IMG/VR virus record: IMGVR_UViG_3300016484_000450
Coordinates: 1-24,360 of that record
DNA length: 24,360 bases
Strand: one strand, 5' to 3'
From: a virus
Lineage: Duplodnaviria; Heunggongvirae; Uroviricota; Caudoviricetes
In this document: positions 9,201-16,765 of the stretch, in pieces
Layout: each line of letters begins with the position of its first letter
Position numbering within the stretch: the first letter of the stretch is position 1
Notes under the pieces: generated by a model
Seen by the model: the letters and a program-made list of their open reading frames with translations, nothing else
What the model was told of the DNA's origin: nothing
Databases searched by the model: none
Program-made: the position numbers and the translations under genes

Positions 9201-12200
9201 TTTCTATTTTAGTCAGGTGGATAATTGCTGTGCGTATGATTACAGTAAAACTTATGGTGCTTTTAGGGCGTCTGATGGTACATGGCCAGAAATGGAAACA
9301 ATTAAACAAGTACACTACACACCAGCCTCAACAGATACAGTTTATGATAAAGAAACAATACAAGAAAATTTTAAAAATGGAAAAAACGAATATCAAGAAT
9401 TACAAGTAGGTAGATATAATAAACAATGGGTTAATCAGACAAACCAGTTAATAGATACACCTTTTTGGAGACATAATTTCCCAAGTGATGAGGTTGATAG
9501 TTCTAGTACAAATAGTTTTAGTTATACTATGTTTGGATCTTCAGTATTAACTGAAGTACAATTTAAATCAACTGGTAATGTTGTTGAACTTTCACCTGAC
9601 GGATTTTATATGGGTACTAAAGTTGACCTTGAGAAAGGTTTGGGTAATTATGTAGGATTTTCACCAGTTGTTTATAGAAGTGGTACAAATGGTTATTCAC
9701 AACATAACCTAAATACACCAGTACTTATGTTAACAACACATAATAAGGGACAATTTAAAATTGATACTAATGGTAAAGCTGAAATAGACAGTAGAAAATA
9801 TGTTAAACGTTCTAATTTAAATAGAACGGAAGCCTGGAAAGGTTCTTTGGCTTATTTATTTTTATCTAATCAATTACATAGACCATGGACTGGTATGTAT
9901 ACTGCTAGTAATAAAAATTTAGGACCACAAAGTATATTAGGCACAGGTTCGATGACATCAATAATACCTAAACATTCAGCTTATTTATTGGGTGCTGTAT
10001 TATGGAGAATGAGGGAATCTGGTTTATTAATTTCTGATGACCCTAAATGGAATATGGAACCACAACAAAGTTTTATTGATGGTAAATATATTGACCCAGT
10101 TAACGTACCCGAATTACCAGAAGTTTTAGAATTTAAATATGGTGGGTTAGGTAGTAAAACAAGTTGGAAATTTAACTCAAAACACTTTGGGACAACTGGT
10201 ACTAATGCTTCAGTGACGCCAGATAGTATTTCAAATCTAAACGCTACTTTTCTTTTAATAATAAAAACAAAAGTTAATCCGTCAGCTTTACAAACAATAT
10301 TAATAAATGATGGAAAAGTTATAAAAAATGGTAAAACACTTACAATAAAAACATCTGATCCTAATACTAATTTTATTTATAAATGTGGGGCCAATAAAAA
10401 ATATCTTAAACATATTGGTGCTAATAGTAATTTCACTAATAACCCTAGTGAGGGTTCCACTTACACAAATGACATTTTAATAACTTATTTAAATACTACT
10501 TTCTGTAAAGATAATGGTAGTATTAATAGTTATAGTAAACAATTAGAATCTGACATTGAAAATGGTTCATATGAATCTAATAACGACGTTAGACCACCAT
10601 TAGCATCTTTACTAGTAAACTTTAACACTTACAATAGAAATAACCAAACTTTTGGTGTTATATGTTTCCCTAGAGCCGATGAATGGCCTACAGCAAATTT
10701 AGGTATGGTTTACGCTATGGATATGGATGACGAAGTGTTCAGTGAATACGATAATGTTATAAATCCATTCAAAAACCAATATAAAATATTTACCCCAATA
10801 TTTGGACGTAAGGGGGCTTTAGCTTTAAGGATGACTAATAACCTACCAAGATATTTAGCTAATGAAACTTTTGAGGACAAATTCTTAAAAAATATTGACG
10901 ATATAGCACTTAAAGAGGCTAAAAGACTTGGTTATGATAAAGGGTCTAGTGGTTATGAAAAAATAAGACAAAAATATTATGAAGGTTTAGATGCTAAAAA
11001 CTTTAATATTGATAATATAAATGATGTGTTAAAGAAACAAAAAAACTTTGCAGGTAAAGATGAATCTTATACTAAACTATCTTTTATATATCATGATTTA
11101 GAAGTTTTAAAATTAGCTGAAGACCCATCTAAAGAAAATGGTAGAAGTGTTAGAGGTGAATATATTAATAGTAATGACCCATTATTTACAATAAAACAAC
11201 AACAAAAAGATATAGATAACTATTTTAACACTGTTAATAACAAACAATTTCAACCAGACCTTAATTTAGAAGGTAAATCACCTTCAGTACAAGACCTTAG
11301 AAACTTACCTGAGATAGAAATAGATAATGAAATCAGTAATATAACGAATAAGAAAATAATAAAAACAGAAAAGGCTAGTACACAATCTGTTAAATTATTA
11401 AAATATAAAGCTAATGGTTATTTAAGAGGTTATACCCCTATTGGCCCAGAATTATGGTTCTTACCTACCAAAGTTAAACAAAAATTTATTGAATTATTTG
11501 AAGAGTTTGTTGGTGATTTTAATAATTTTAATGATAGTAGTGATTTTGATTTTATACTAAAAACAGTAGATCCACTAAATTTCCCAAAACCCACACCGTC
11601 TAGAAATGGTACAGTTAACACAAAATTAAATATAGACAACGTACCAGTGGGTTTACCAGACGAATTATTATATAGTAATTTTGTTGAAGTGAAGGGTACT
11701 GGTGAACTAGCACCGTATGTTAAAGTTGATGCACCGGCATCACAAAATGTTGCTGGTTTAGCGCCAAATGGTACTACATATACAATACAAAATACTTGGT
11801 CTATTGTTAACTCTACTAAAGCGAATAGTTTAGATGATCTTAAATATAGTAAGGATGAAACAGATTTGATTAAAATACCTAGTGGTGCTATTTTTAAGAA
11901 AAAAGATGATATGATTACATCTACTTTCTATTATAAACCACCTAGTTTTAGTAAACCTTATAAAATAAAAATTAAATTTATTTGTGACACAGATAATTTT
12001 AAAGTTTATGCTAACGCAGACGGAACAGAAGCTGCTTTAGGTACTGACCCATATATAACTGTAGATCCACAGAAAAGTTTAATAACACAATTAAAAAAAG
12101 TTTTTTGTGGTTATAAAGCTGGAGATTCTTCAATAATACCTGAAACAACTAAATTTAAAGGTTCACAACCACACCCTTCAGTGGTTAAATGGTTAGATGT

Positions 12201-14646
12201 TTACACAATAGACACTAGAACTAAAAATATATCACAAAATAAAGCTTTAGGTGAGGGTGAACCGTTTAGGTCTAATGTTACACTATATAATAAAGTAAAA
12301 GCTGATAACCCTGATATACAAACTATCCATAAATTATTATTTAAAGATGGATTTGTGTACACACAAGCAACACCTAGAATCTGGTGGGGTGAACTTAAAG
12401 TAGATAAAACTACAGGTAAAAATACAACATATAATAAATTTAGAATTAAAAAATCTGAGTTAAACGAATATATAGATGGGTTTATAGAGGCTATTACTGA
12501 TAGTAAAGTGGCTGAACAAACTATTGAAAATATTAAAGATGAAATTTTAGCTGGTGGTGAATTATCAGATGAAGATAACGATATTAGATTAACAACTTAT
12601 AGGTCATTTAAATCTATATATGATAAATGGATATCAGCGTCCCCAGTAGACGGAGAATTATTCTTTAACCCAATAGGTAAAAATAAAGATGGTGATAGAT
12701 TATTAATTGACCATTTTAGTTTTGTTAATAGGGTTAATGCTGATATTGGTGATAGAGTTATATTAAATGTGATGGAATTAGGTAACCTATTAACTGACTA
12801 TACTAATAGTATTTTTGGGGTTACTAATGATGTTTTGGATAAAAGTAATTTTAACTTCCACCCATTACCATCTTATGTAGATCTAACATTAGGATTAACC
12901 AATTTTGGAGCCAAAGAAAATAAAGATTTTAAAGCTACAGCTTTAGCTAATATGTTCTTACCACAACCCACTTCTTCAGCTTTTGATAATTTAGTATCTG
13001 GACCTCACTTCTTATGTATGTATGTTGGTGGAAATTCACAAAATTTAGATATGACACAAAGCTACCAACCTGGTTGTATTGAAGAACAAAGTTTAGCACG
13101 TAGTGGTAAAAAAGAACAACAAGGAGATAGTTTCTTATTTAGTCAAAAAGGTCAAATGACGGATGATTATGCTAATGATCCTGATTCTAAAGGTGTTGTT
13201 GCTTTTAAAGTTAATTTTGGATCACAAAACCAAAGTCATTTTATTAGTATTGATTTAGACCAGTCACAATATAAGAACACTCAGGAATCATTATTAGCTA
13301 TTGAAAGGTTATCACAAAATAGTGGTAATGAAGGTGCTAATGGATTTACAACAAAGGGCCAATCTATGTACGACATTTACTTAAATAGAAGTTATAGTTG
13401 TACAGTAGAGGCAATGGGTAATATGATGATACAACCTTTACAGTATTTTGAATTAGAAAATGTACCAATGTTTAAAGGTAGTTATCTAATTAGAGATGTT
13501 AAACACACCATATCACCTAACACTGTAAAAACATCTTTCACTGGTGATAGGATACCACAAGCTGTTGTACCTATTATCGAAGATGTGGTTATGGCATTTA
13601 ATTTAACACCTTCAGATAACGTTAGTGGAACTATAAATGGTGAATTCAGTAAAGGTGATTTCACTAGTAATGATAGATTAATTAAGGGTTGTGCTATTAT
13701 TAGTAGATTATCTAGTGATTTAGGGCTTACTAAAGAACAGGGAGCCGCAGTTGTGGGTAATTTAATAGCAGAAAGTGGTTTAGTTCCTGATATATTACAA
13801 GGAGGTAAAAGAGGTCTAATAGTTGATACTAAAAATGGTTATGGTTGGGCACAATGGACATCCGCATCAAGAAAACAAGGTCTTATTGATACAGCTAAAG
13901 CGTTAGGTGTTGATTTAAATACTACACCAGCAACAGATGAGATAAATTATCTTTGGTTAATTGAAGAAATGAAAAAATTTAGTTCTGGTAAATTTTTAGA
14001 AACTTTAAAAACTAAAAAAACAATAAATGATGCTACTATATATGTTGCTATAGTTTATGAGGGTTGTGATGCATGTGATGAGATACCACAACAACAGGAA
14101 CGAATAGCTTTTGCTAACCAAGTTGTAGACGCTTGTACATCATCGGCTAGTTATGACACTACAGTGTATGAAGACAACTCTAATAAAAAATGTCCTTCAG
14201 GTACTTCAGATGCTGGTGTTGGGGATGGGTTTAGAAAGGGTAAGTTAATTAAAATTAGATTATGTAAAGTAACCCATAAAACTGGTAGTGTTATTGTTAA
14301 TGCTGAAATAGCAGATAATATTAATAGATTATTTAAAGCAGCTGAAAATGCTGGACTTGGAAAAATAGGTAGTAGTAGTGGTTTCAGAACTATGCAAGAA
14401 CAAATAGATTGCGGTAAAAACAATGGTTGTCCTAAAAACTGGACAAGTAGTAGTCAATGTAGAACTGACACGGCCCCACCAGGGTTCTCAAATCACCAAA
14501 TGGGTTTAGCGGTAGACTTTACCCAAAATGGGTCAACATTAAGGAAAGGTGGTACATTCTATAACTGGATGGTTAATAACGCAGCAACTTATGGTTTAAA
14601 AAATTATTATAGAGAAGCTTGGCACTGGTCAGTAGATGGTAAATAA
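6232..14646 (+). CDS. Giant baseplate hub / tail-associated lysin (hub fold + phage tail lysozyme + M15 zinc peptidase)
   Basis: 2804 aa. Hub-like segments are FGMTSIDMSMNAGFIPTITINFVDVRG near the N-terminus and YSCTVEAMGNMMIQPLQYFELENVPMFKGSYLIRDVKHTISPNTVKTSFTG (13393-13551), which is gpD/gp27-like. About 13690-14136 is a Phage_lysozyme2-type domain (LTKEQGAAVVGNLIAESG...GYGWAQWT). About 14260-14643 is a VanY/M15 peptidase (SGFRT..EQ, SNHQMGLAVD, EAWH). Confidence 0.8.
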   Translation: MAEQFNSYIARINEISGKDVALTNIDGSNVVLLDPAGFISNNSVNQEDLVVYATLEARIRPKTLIQNKPEQKILEVNFIKESQLDVNVGAPIGKSFLTTDWTNVGGLGSTMGSDLETFGMTSIDMSMNAGFIPTITINFVDVRGATLFEQGACSPYGAFFHQPWPIFDLTVKGYYGYPVKYSLALQSFNTKFNPSNGNYESTAEFIGYSYAFLSDILLGHVLSAPYMQGSEELLKDIYTKYLAYYSERGINKGENTFDPLNSGQDGKPLTLKNYLDKVQKLQSGQDGQDSEVIAQIRGSQELRTLTDSENIENVLGDIKLLIETFKDKWIDAGGIYNEGTQILSWTNSATVNDPNKINELKELHDYHVGGQISPKVIAYNSLVNENTLGDDLLISESIVAPIIKNDTTGIDVDLNKILVDIGVKEEKFKTKVEDLRKNFNKQANELIKKQLGFIPTIRSFFTVLLANTELFLQLLKNASSEAEKYHKKDGVGGNQTLLFNNVSTTPIHEIYYAWPTYMSLKAGRENVETYPGLNPTFRDWPEVKFVEDFIKALKAMNKSGNDPEELVNQYLDYEGRIGYDNYLPINAMESPAGNPKANISYFNNTTPQEIYKNIGERFIIYSNMTALNPYYLDSSIIVKSSRKYFEKTKEGFYPSTFTHLIDMNDSAYNFSTKFSKKTWGLADGYNLFNTLGNNAMFEVMRSAASTDKVKFKTEVYTALGLTEDSNIEYYYYDKDLTLNPKEGTVTLKPDLNDMSLESLINIAPCEDCTGAVEQGITGSIVEVNDIFRTPLTNLRTLKLKDDNIILSKKDYKINDEVKSFSLIELMTLNTGYDPMNARSNQEGMTRIVDLSKSNSSSAYQYDTDDTWWRYNGLRMRKSTPWLVQSTSLGDLSITSLGQYAKISSYSQVNNLISDTLMMAEIYPDFTLNYYSGYEKVFDTKNKPLFGDYSYAYSLDVGELSGVKGNTDWDYTKKYDNPAKLDSGWSTILPSFYFSQVDNCCAYDYSKTYGAFRASDGTWPEMETIKQVHYTPASTDTVYDKETIQENFKNGKNEYQELQVGRYNKQWVNQTNQLIDTPFWRHNFPSDEVDSSSTNSFSYTMFGSSVLTEVQFKSTGNVVELSPDGFYMGTKVDLEKGLGNYVGFSPVVYRSGTNGYSQHNLNTPVLMLTTHNKGQFKIDTNGKAEIDSRKYVKRSNLNRTEAWKGSLAYLFLSNQLHRPWTGMYTASNKNLGPQSILGTGSMTSIIPKHSAYLLGAVLWRMRESGLLISDDPKWNMEPQQSFIDGKYIDPVNVPELPEVLEFKYGGLGSKTSWKFNSKHFGTTGTNASVTPDSISNLNATFLLIIKTKVNPSALQTILINDGKVIKNGKTLTIKTSDPNTNFIYKCGANKKYLKHIGANSNFTNNPSEGSTYTNDILITYLNTTFCKDNGSINSYSKQLESDIENGSYESNNDVRPPLASLLVNFNTYNRNNQTFGVICFPRADEWPTANLGMVYAMDMDDEVFSEYDNVINPFKNQYKIFTPIFGRKGALALRMTNNLPRYLANETFEDKFLKNIDDIALKEAKRLGYDKGSSGYEKIRQKYYEGLDAKNFNIDNINDVLKKQKNFAGKDESYTKLSFIYHDLEVLKLAEDPSKENGRSVRGEYINSNDPLFTIKQQQKDIDNYFNTVNNKQFQPDLNLEGKSPSVQDLRNLPEIEIDNEISNITNKKIIKTEKASTQSVKLLKYKANGYLRGYTPIGPELWFLPTKVKQKFIELFEEFVGDFNNFNDSSDFDFILKTVDPLNFPKPTPSRNGTVNTKLNIDNVPVGLPDELLYSNFVEVKGTGELAPYVKVDAPASQNVAGLAPNGTTYTIQNTWSIVNSTKANSLDDLKYSKDETDLIKIPSGAIFKKKDDMITSTFYYKPPSFSKPYKIKIKFICDTDNFKVYANADGTEAALGTDPYITVDPQKSLITQLKKVFCGYKAGDSSIIPETTKFKGSQPHPSVVKWLDVYTIDTRTKNISQNKALGEGEPFRSNVTLYNKVKADNPDIQTIHKLLFKDGFVYTQATPRIWWGELKVDKTTGKNTTYNKFRIKKSELNEYIDGFIEAITDSKVAEQTIENIKDEILAGGELSDEDNDIRLTTYRSFKSIYDKWISASPVDGELFFNPIGKNKDGDRLLIDHFSFVNRVNADIGDRVILNVMELGNLLTDYTNSIFGVTNDVLDKSNFNFHPLPSYVDLTLGLTNFGAKENKDFKATALANMFLPQPTSSAFDNLVSGPHFLCMYVGGNSQNLDMTQSYQPGCIEEQSLARSGKKEQQGDSFLFSQKGQMTDDYANDPDSKGVVAFKVNFGSQNQSHFISIDLDQSQYKNTQESLLAIERLSQNSGNEGANGFTTKGQSMYDIYLNRSYSCTVEAMGNMMIQPLQYFELENVPMFKGSYLIRDVKHTISPNTVKTSFTGDRIPQAVVPIIEDVVMAFNLTPSDNVSGTINGEFSKGDFTSNDRLIKGCAIISRLSSDLGLTKEQGAAVVGNLIAESGLVPDILQGGKRGLIVDTKNGYGWAQWTSASRKQGLIDTAKALGVDLNTTPATDEINYLWLIEEMKKFSSGKFLETLKTKKTINDATIYVAIVYEGCDACDEIPQQQERIAFANQVVDACTSSASYDTTVYEDNSNKKCPSGTSDAGVGDGFRKGKLIKIRLCKVTHKTGSVIVNAEIADNINRLFKAAENAGLGKIGSSSGFRTMQEQIDCGKNNGCPKNWTSSSQCRTDTAPPGFSNHQMGLAVDFTQNGSTLRKGGTFYNWMVNNAATYGLKNYYREAWHWSVDGK

Positions 14647-14663
14647 TTTTTTTTAATAAAAAG

Positions 14664-14692
14664 TTGATTAAACAAATATGAAAAGTTATATT
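14664..14692 (+). promoter_or_regulatory. Sigma70-like promoter TTGATT-N17-TATATT
   Basis: -35 at 14664-14669 and -10 at 14687-14692 with a 17-nt spacer. The predicted +1 falls at or next to the A of ATG 14700. The AT-rich context lowers specificity. Confidence 0.4.
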
Positions 14693-14699
14693 TAACTTA

Positions 14700-15272
14700 A
14701 TGTCATTAATAAAAATAATAATAAAAGATAAAAACTTGGTTGAACAATACATGACCAGGTTTTTGTCTTTTGATGAAGGTTTAATAAATCTGATTGTTGG
14801 TTGGGATTTAGCTAAAGAAATGGGGGCTAAAATAACAAACCACAAAATAAATGACAATACTTATTGGACGTTTCTACCAACGGAAAAAAGAAAAATATTT
14901 ACTGAACACATACAAGAGTTTAAAAAATTAGCTTTTGATACAGTTAAAGAAGGTAAATCAATTAAAAATATTAATCCGTTAGAGTTTGAAACAAAAGAAG
15001 ATCTAATTGAATACATTTCAAAAACCTTTACGGAAAAAAGTACATATTTATTTAATGAAAGTCTGTGTATTTATGATGATAATATAATTCATCATTTAGA
15101 CATAGGTCTTTTAAATTTTATGTCTTGGGACATAATAAAAGATATTGAACATATTCTAGAAATTAAAAAACTAAAAAAAGAATATAAGGAATATTTAAAA
15201 TATCTTGATATTAAATACATACCATACTTAATAAATGCAAAAGAAAATATTATTACTAGCAACATTTGTTAG
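14700..15272 (+). CDS. Hypothetical protein
   Basis: 190-aa ORF filling the space after the hub gene, preceded by a promoter-like element. No family recognised. Confidence 0.75.
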   Translation: MSLIKIIIKDKNLVEQYMTRFLSFDEGLINLIVGWDLAKEMGAKITNHKINDNTYWTFLPTEKRKIFTEHIQEFKKLAFDTVKEGKSIKNINPLEFETKEDLIEYISKTFTEKSTYLFNESLCIYDDNIIHHLDIGLLNFMSWDIIKDIEHILEIKKLKKEYKEYLKYLDIKYIPYLINAKENIITSNIC

Positions 15273-15639
15273 TCCAGACTATTTAGATAAATTTCTTTTT
15301 AAAATAAATAAAAAATTTAATGTTAATAAGAAAAATGTTTTCGTGTTTGAGACTGAAGAAGACAATCTGCTATTAACATACAAATTAACTCTAGATATAG
15401 ATCAAAAAATAAACATAAAAGAAGAGTTACATAAAACAGTTCAGATACATAAAAAAGGTACCACTTTTTTTACAATAAATGCATTAAATAAATTAATAGA
15501 AAAAGAATTCAACATTAATTTTGGTAATGTTAATTATACTGATTATAATCTTGATTGGGATAAATATAAAGATTCTATTATATTACTTAAAAACAATGAA
15601 TTAGATATTTTACGATTAAAAAAGAAGATTATAGAATAA
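15235..15639 (+). CDS. Hypothetical protein
   Basis: 134 aa with an A-rich start context. It overlaps the previous gene by 38 nt. No family recognised. Confidence 0.75.
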   Translation: MQKKILLLATFVSPDYLDKFLFKINKKFNVNKKNVFVFETEEDNLLLTYKLTLDIDQKINIKEELHKTVQIHKKGTTFFTINALNKLIEKEFNINFGNVNYTDYNLDWDKYKDSIILLKNNELDILRLKKKIIE

Positions 15640-15643
15640 CAGC

Positions 15644-15652
15644 ATATTTATA
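15644..15652 (+). promoter_or_regulatory. Candidate late-promoter motif ATATTTATA
   Basis: Exact copy in a 26-nt intergenic gap, 13 nt upstream of ATG 15666. Confidence 0.45.
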
Positions 15653-15665
15653 AAAAAAAAGTATT

Positions 15666-15851
15666 ATGGAAGATAATAATTTTAATAAAGAAAAAGAACT
15701 TAAAAACAAATTATCTAAGTTCTTAAAAGACGGTAAAACTTGTGAAGGGGATGAATGTAAAATTAATGACCCAGATGAGTTAGTACAAAGAGAACATAAA
15801 AAAATAATCACTAATGATGGTAGACAACTACTAAGTGAATACACAAGATAA
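15666..15851 (+). CDS. Small hypothetical protein with a C-X4-C motif
   Basis: 61 aa (KTCEGDECKI...DGRQLLSEYTR). It fits tightly between neighbours and is preceded by the ATATTTATA motif. Confidence 0.7.
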   Translation: MEDNNFNKEKELKNKLSKFLKDGKTCEGDECKINDPDELVQREHKKIITNDGRQLLSEYTR

Positions 15852-15858
15852 ATAAAAA

Positions 15859-16647
15859 ATGGCTGTAAATAAAATTAACGAAGACCTAAATAGATTTAAA
15901 AAATTATTAGGTTACGACCCTTCTAAAGGTGACACTATAACAGAAAAGGTACAACCTTGGAGATATTCTTTGAATGAAGCTGAACCAGGTGAAGAAGACG
16001 ATGAGGAAGAAAACGCTGATTTTGATTTTGGTGATGAGGCTAATCCAGAAGATGAGGAAGGTTCTGAAGAAGGTGGATTTGATTTTGGATCTGAAGAAGG
16101 TGAAAATACTGAAGAGACTGAAACAGAAGAACAACCTACTGAGGATGAATTTGGTACTGCTGATGAGTTTAGTGCTTCAGATGAATTAGCTGATGAAGAT
16201 AGTGATGTTGAAGAAATAGATGTTACTGATATTGTTAAGAAATCTGATGAAGCAAGTGAATTCGCTAAACAAGCTTTAACAGTAGGTCAAGAAAACGGAG
16301 AATTTTTAAAATCTTTAACTGATAAATTATCTAATCTAGAGGCACAATTAACTAAAATGGATACAATAGCTTCTAAAATTACTAAGTTAGAACAAGATGT
16401 TAAAACACCAGAAGAAAAACTTGAATTAAGATCTTTGGATAGTTATCCTTTTAATATGAAGTTGACTGATTATTGGAATGAGAAGGCAACAAAAAATAAA
16501 CATTACGACATTACTGGTGGTGAATCTACTGTAGATGGTGAAGAAAAAGAGTATAGATTAACACAAAAAGATATCGACGATTATAACGATGTTGATATTA
16601 AAAAATCATTTGTTCCAGAATCTAGAAATAGAAAAAGAAGAATGTAA
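15859..16647 (+). CDS. Acidic, coiled-coil hypothetical protein (possible internal head/scaffold protein)
   Basis: 262 aa with a very acidic low-complexity tract (EEDDEEENADFDFGDE...GGFDFGSEE) and a heptad-like segment (LKSLTDKLSNLEAQLTKMDTIASKITKLEQDV). A strong terminator follows. Confidence 0.7.
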   Translation: MAVNKINEDLNRFKKLLGYDPSKGDTITEKVQPWRYSLNEAEPGEEDDEEENADFDFGDEANPEDEEGSEEGGFDFGSEEGENTEETETEEQPTEDEFGTADEFSASDELADEDSDVEEIDVTDIVKKSDEASEFAKQALTVGQENGEFLKSLTDKLSNLEAQLTKMDTIASKITKLEQDVKTPEEKLELRSLDSYPFNMKLTDYWNEKATKNKHYDITGGESTVDGEEKEYRLTQKDIDDYNDVDIKKSFVPESRNRKRRM

Positions 16648-16666
16648 TATTTTTAACAAAATGTGG

Positions 16667-16704
16667 AATGGGGTCAAAAAATAAAGATTTTGACCCCATT
16701 TTTT
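16667..16704 (+). terminator. Rho-independent terminator
   Basis: Perfect 13-bp stem AATGGGGTCAAAA (16667-16679) / TTTTGACCCCATT (16688-16700) with an 8-nt loop, running into a T tract (to 16704), 20 nt after stop 16647. Confidence 0.85.
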
Positions 16705-16705
16705 G

Positions 16706-16734
16706 TTTACTTATTACAATGTAGAGCTTATCAT
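16706..16734 (+). promoter_or_regulatory. Sigma70-like promoter TTTACT-N17-TATCAT for the replication operon
   Basis: -35 at 16706-16711 and -10 at 16729-16734 with a 17-nt spacer, immediately after the terminator. It leaves an A-rich leader of about 25 nt to ATG 16766. Confidence 0.55.
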
Positions 16735-16765
16735 TAACTAAATTATTAACTAAAAAAAAATAAAA

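Noticed and set aside
14647-14663. T-run followed by an A-run after the hub stop, as a possible terminator
   Set aside because: Only A/T pairing is possible, there is no GC stem, and the T-tract is on the wrong side of the potential hairpin.
1484-14857. Minus-strand ORFs 1484-1723, 3311-3784, 5111-5392, 6004-6243, 6426-6626, 7092-7286, 7365-7733, 8424-8645, 11430-11639, 13482-13664, 14151-14423 and 14573-14857
   Set aside because: All lie largely or wholly antisense to long, well-supported + strand genes and have the Ser/Leu/Phe/Ile-rich composition of shadow frames, with no motifs.
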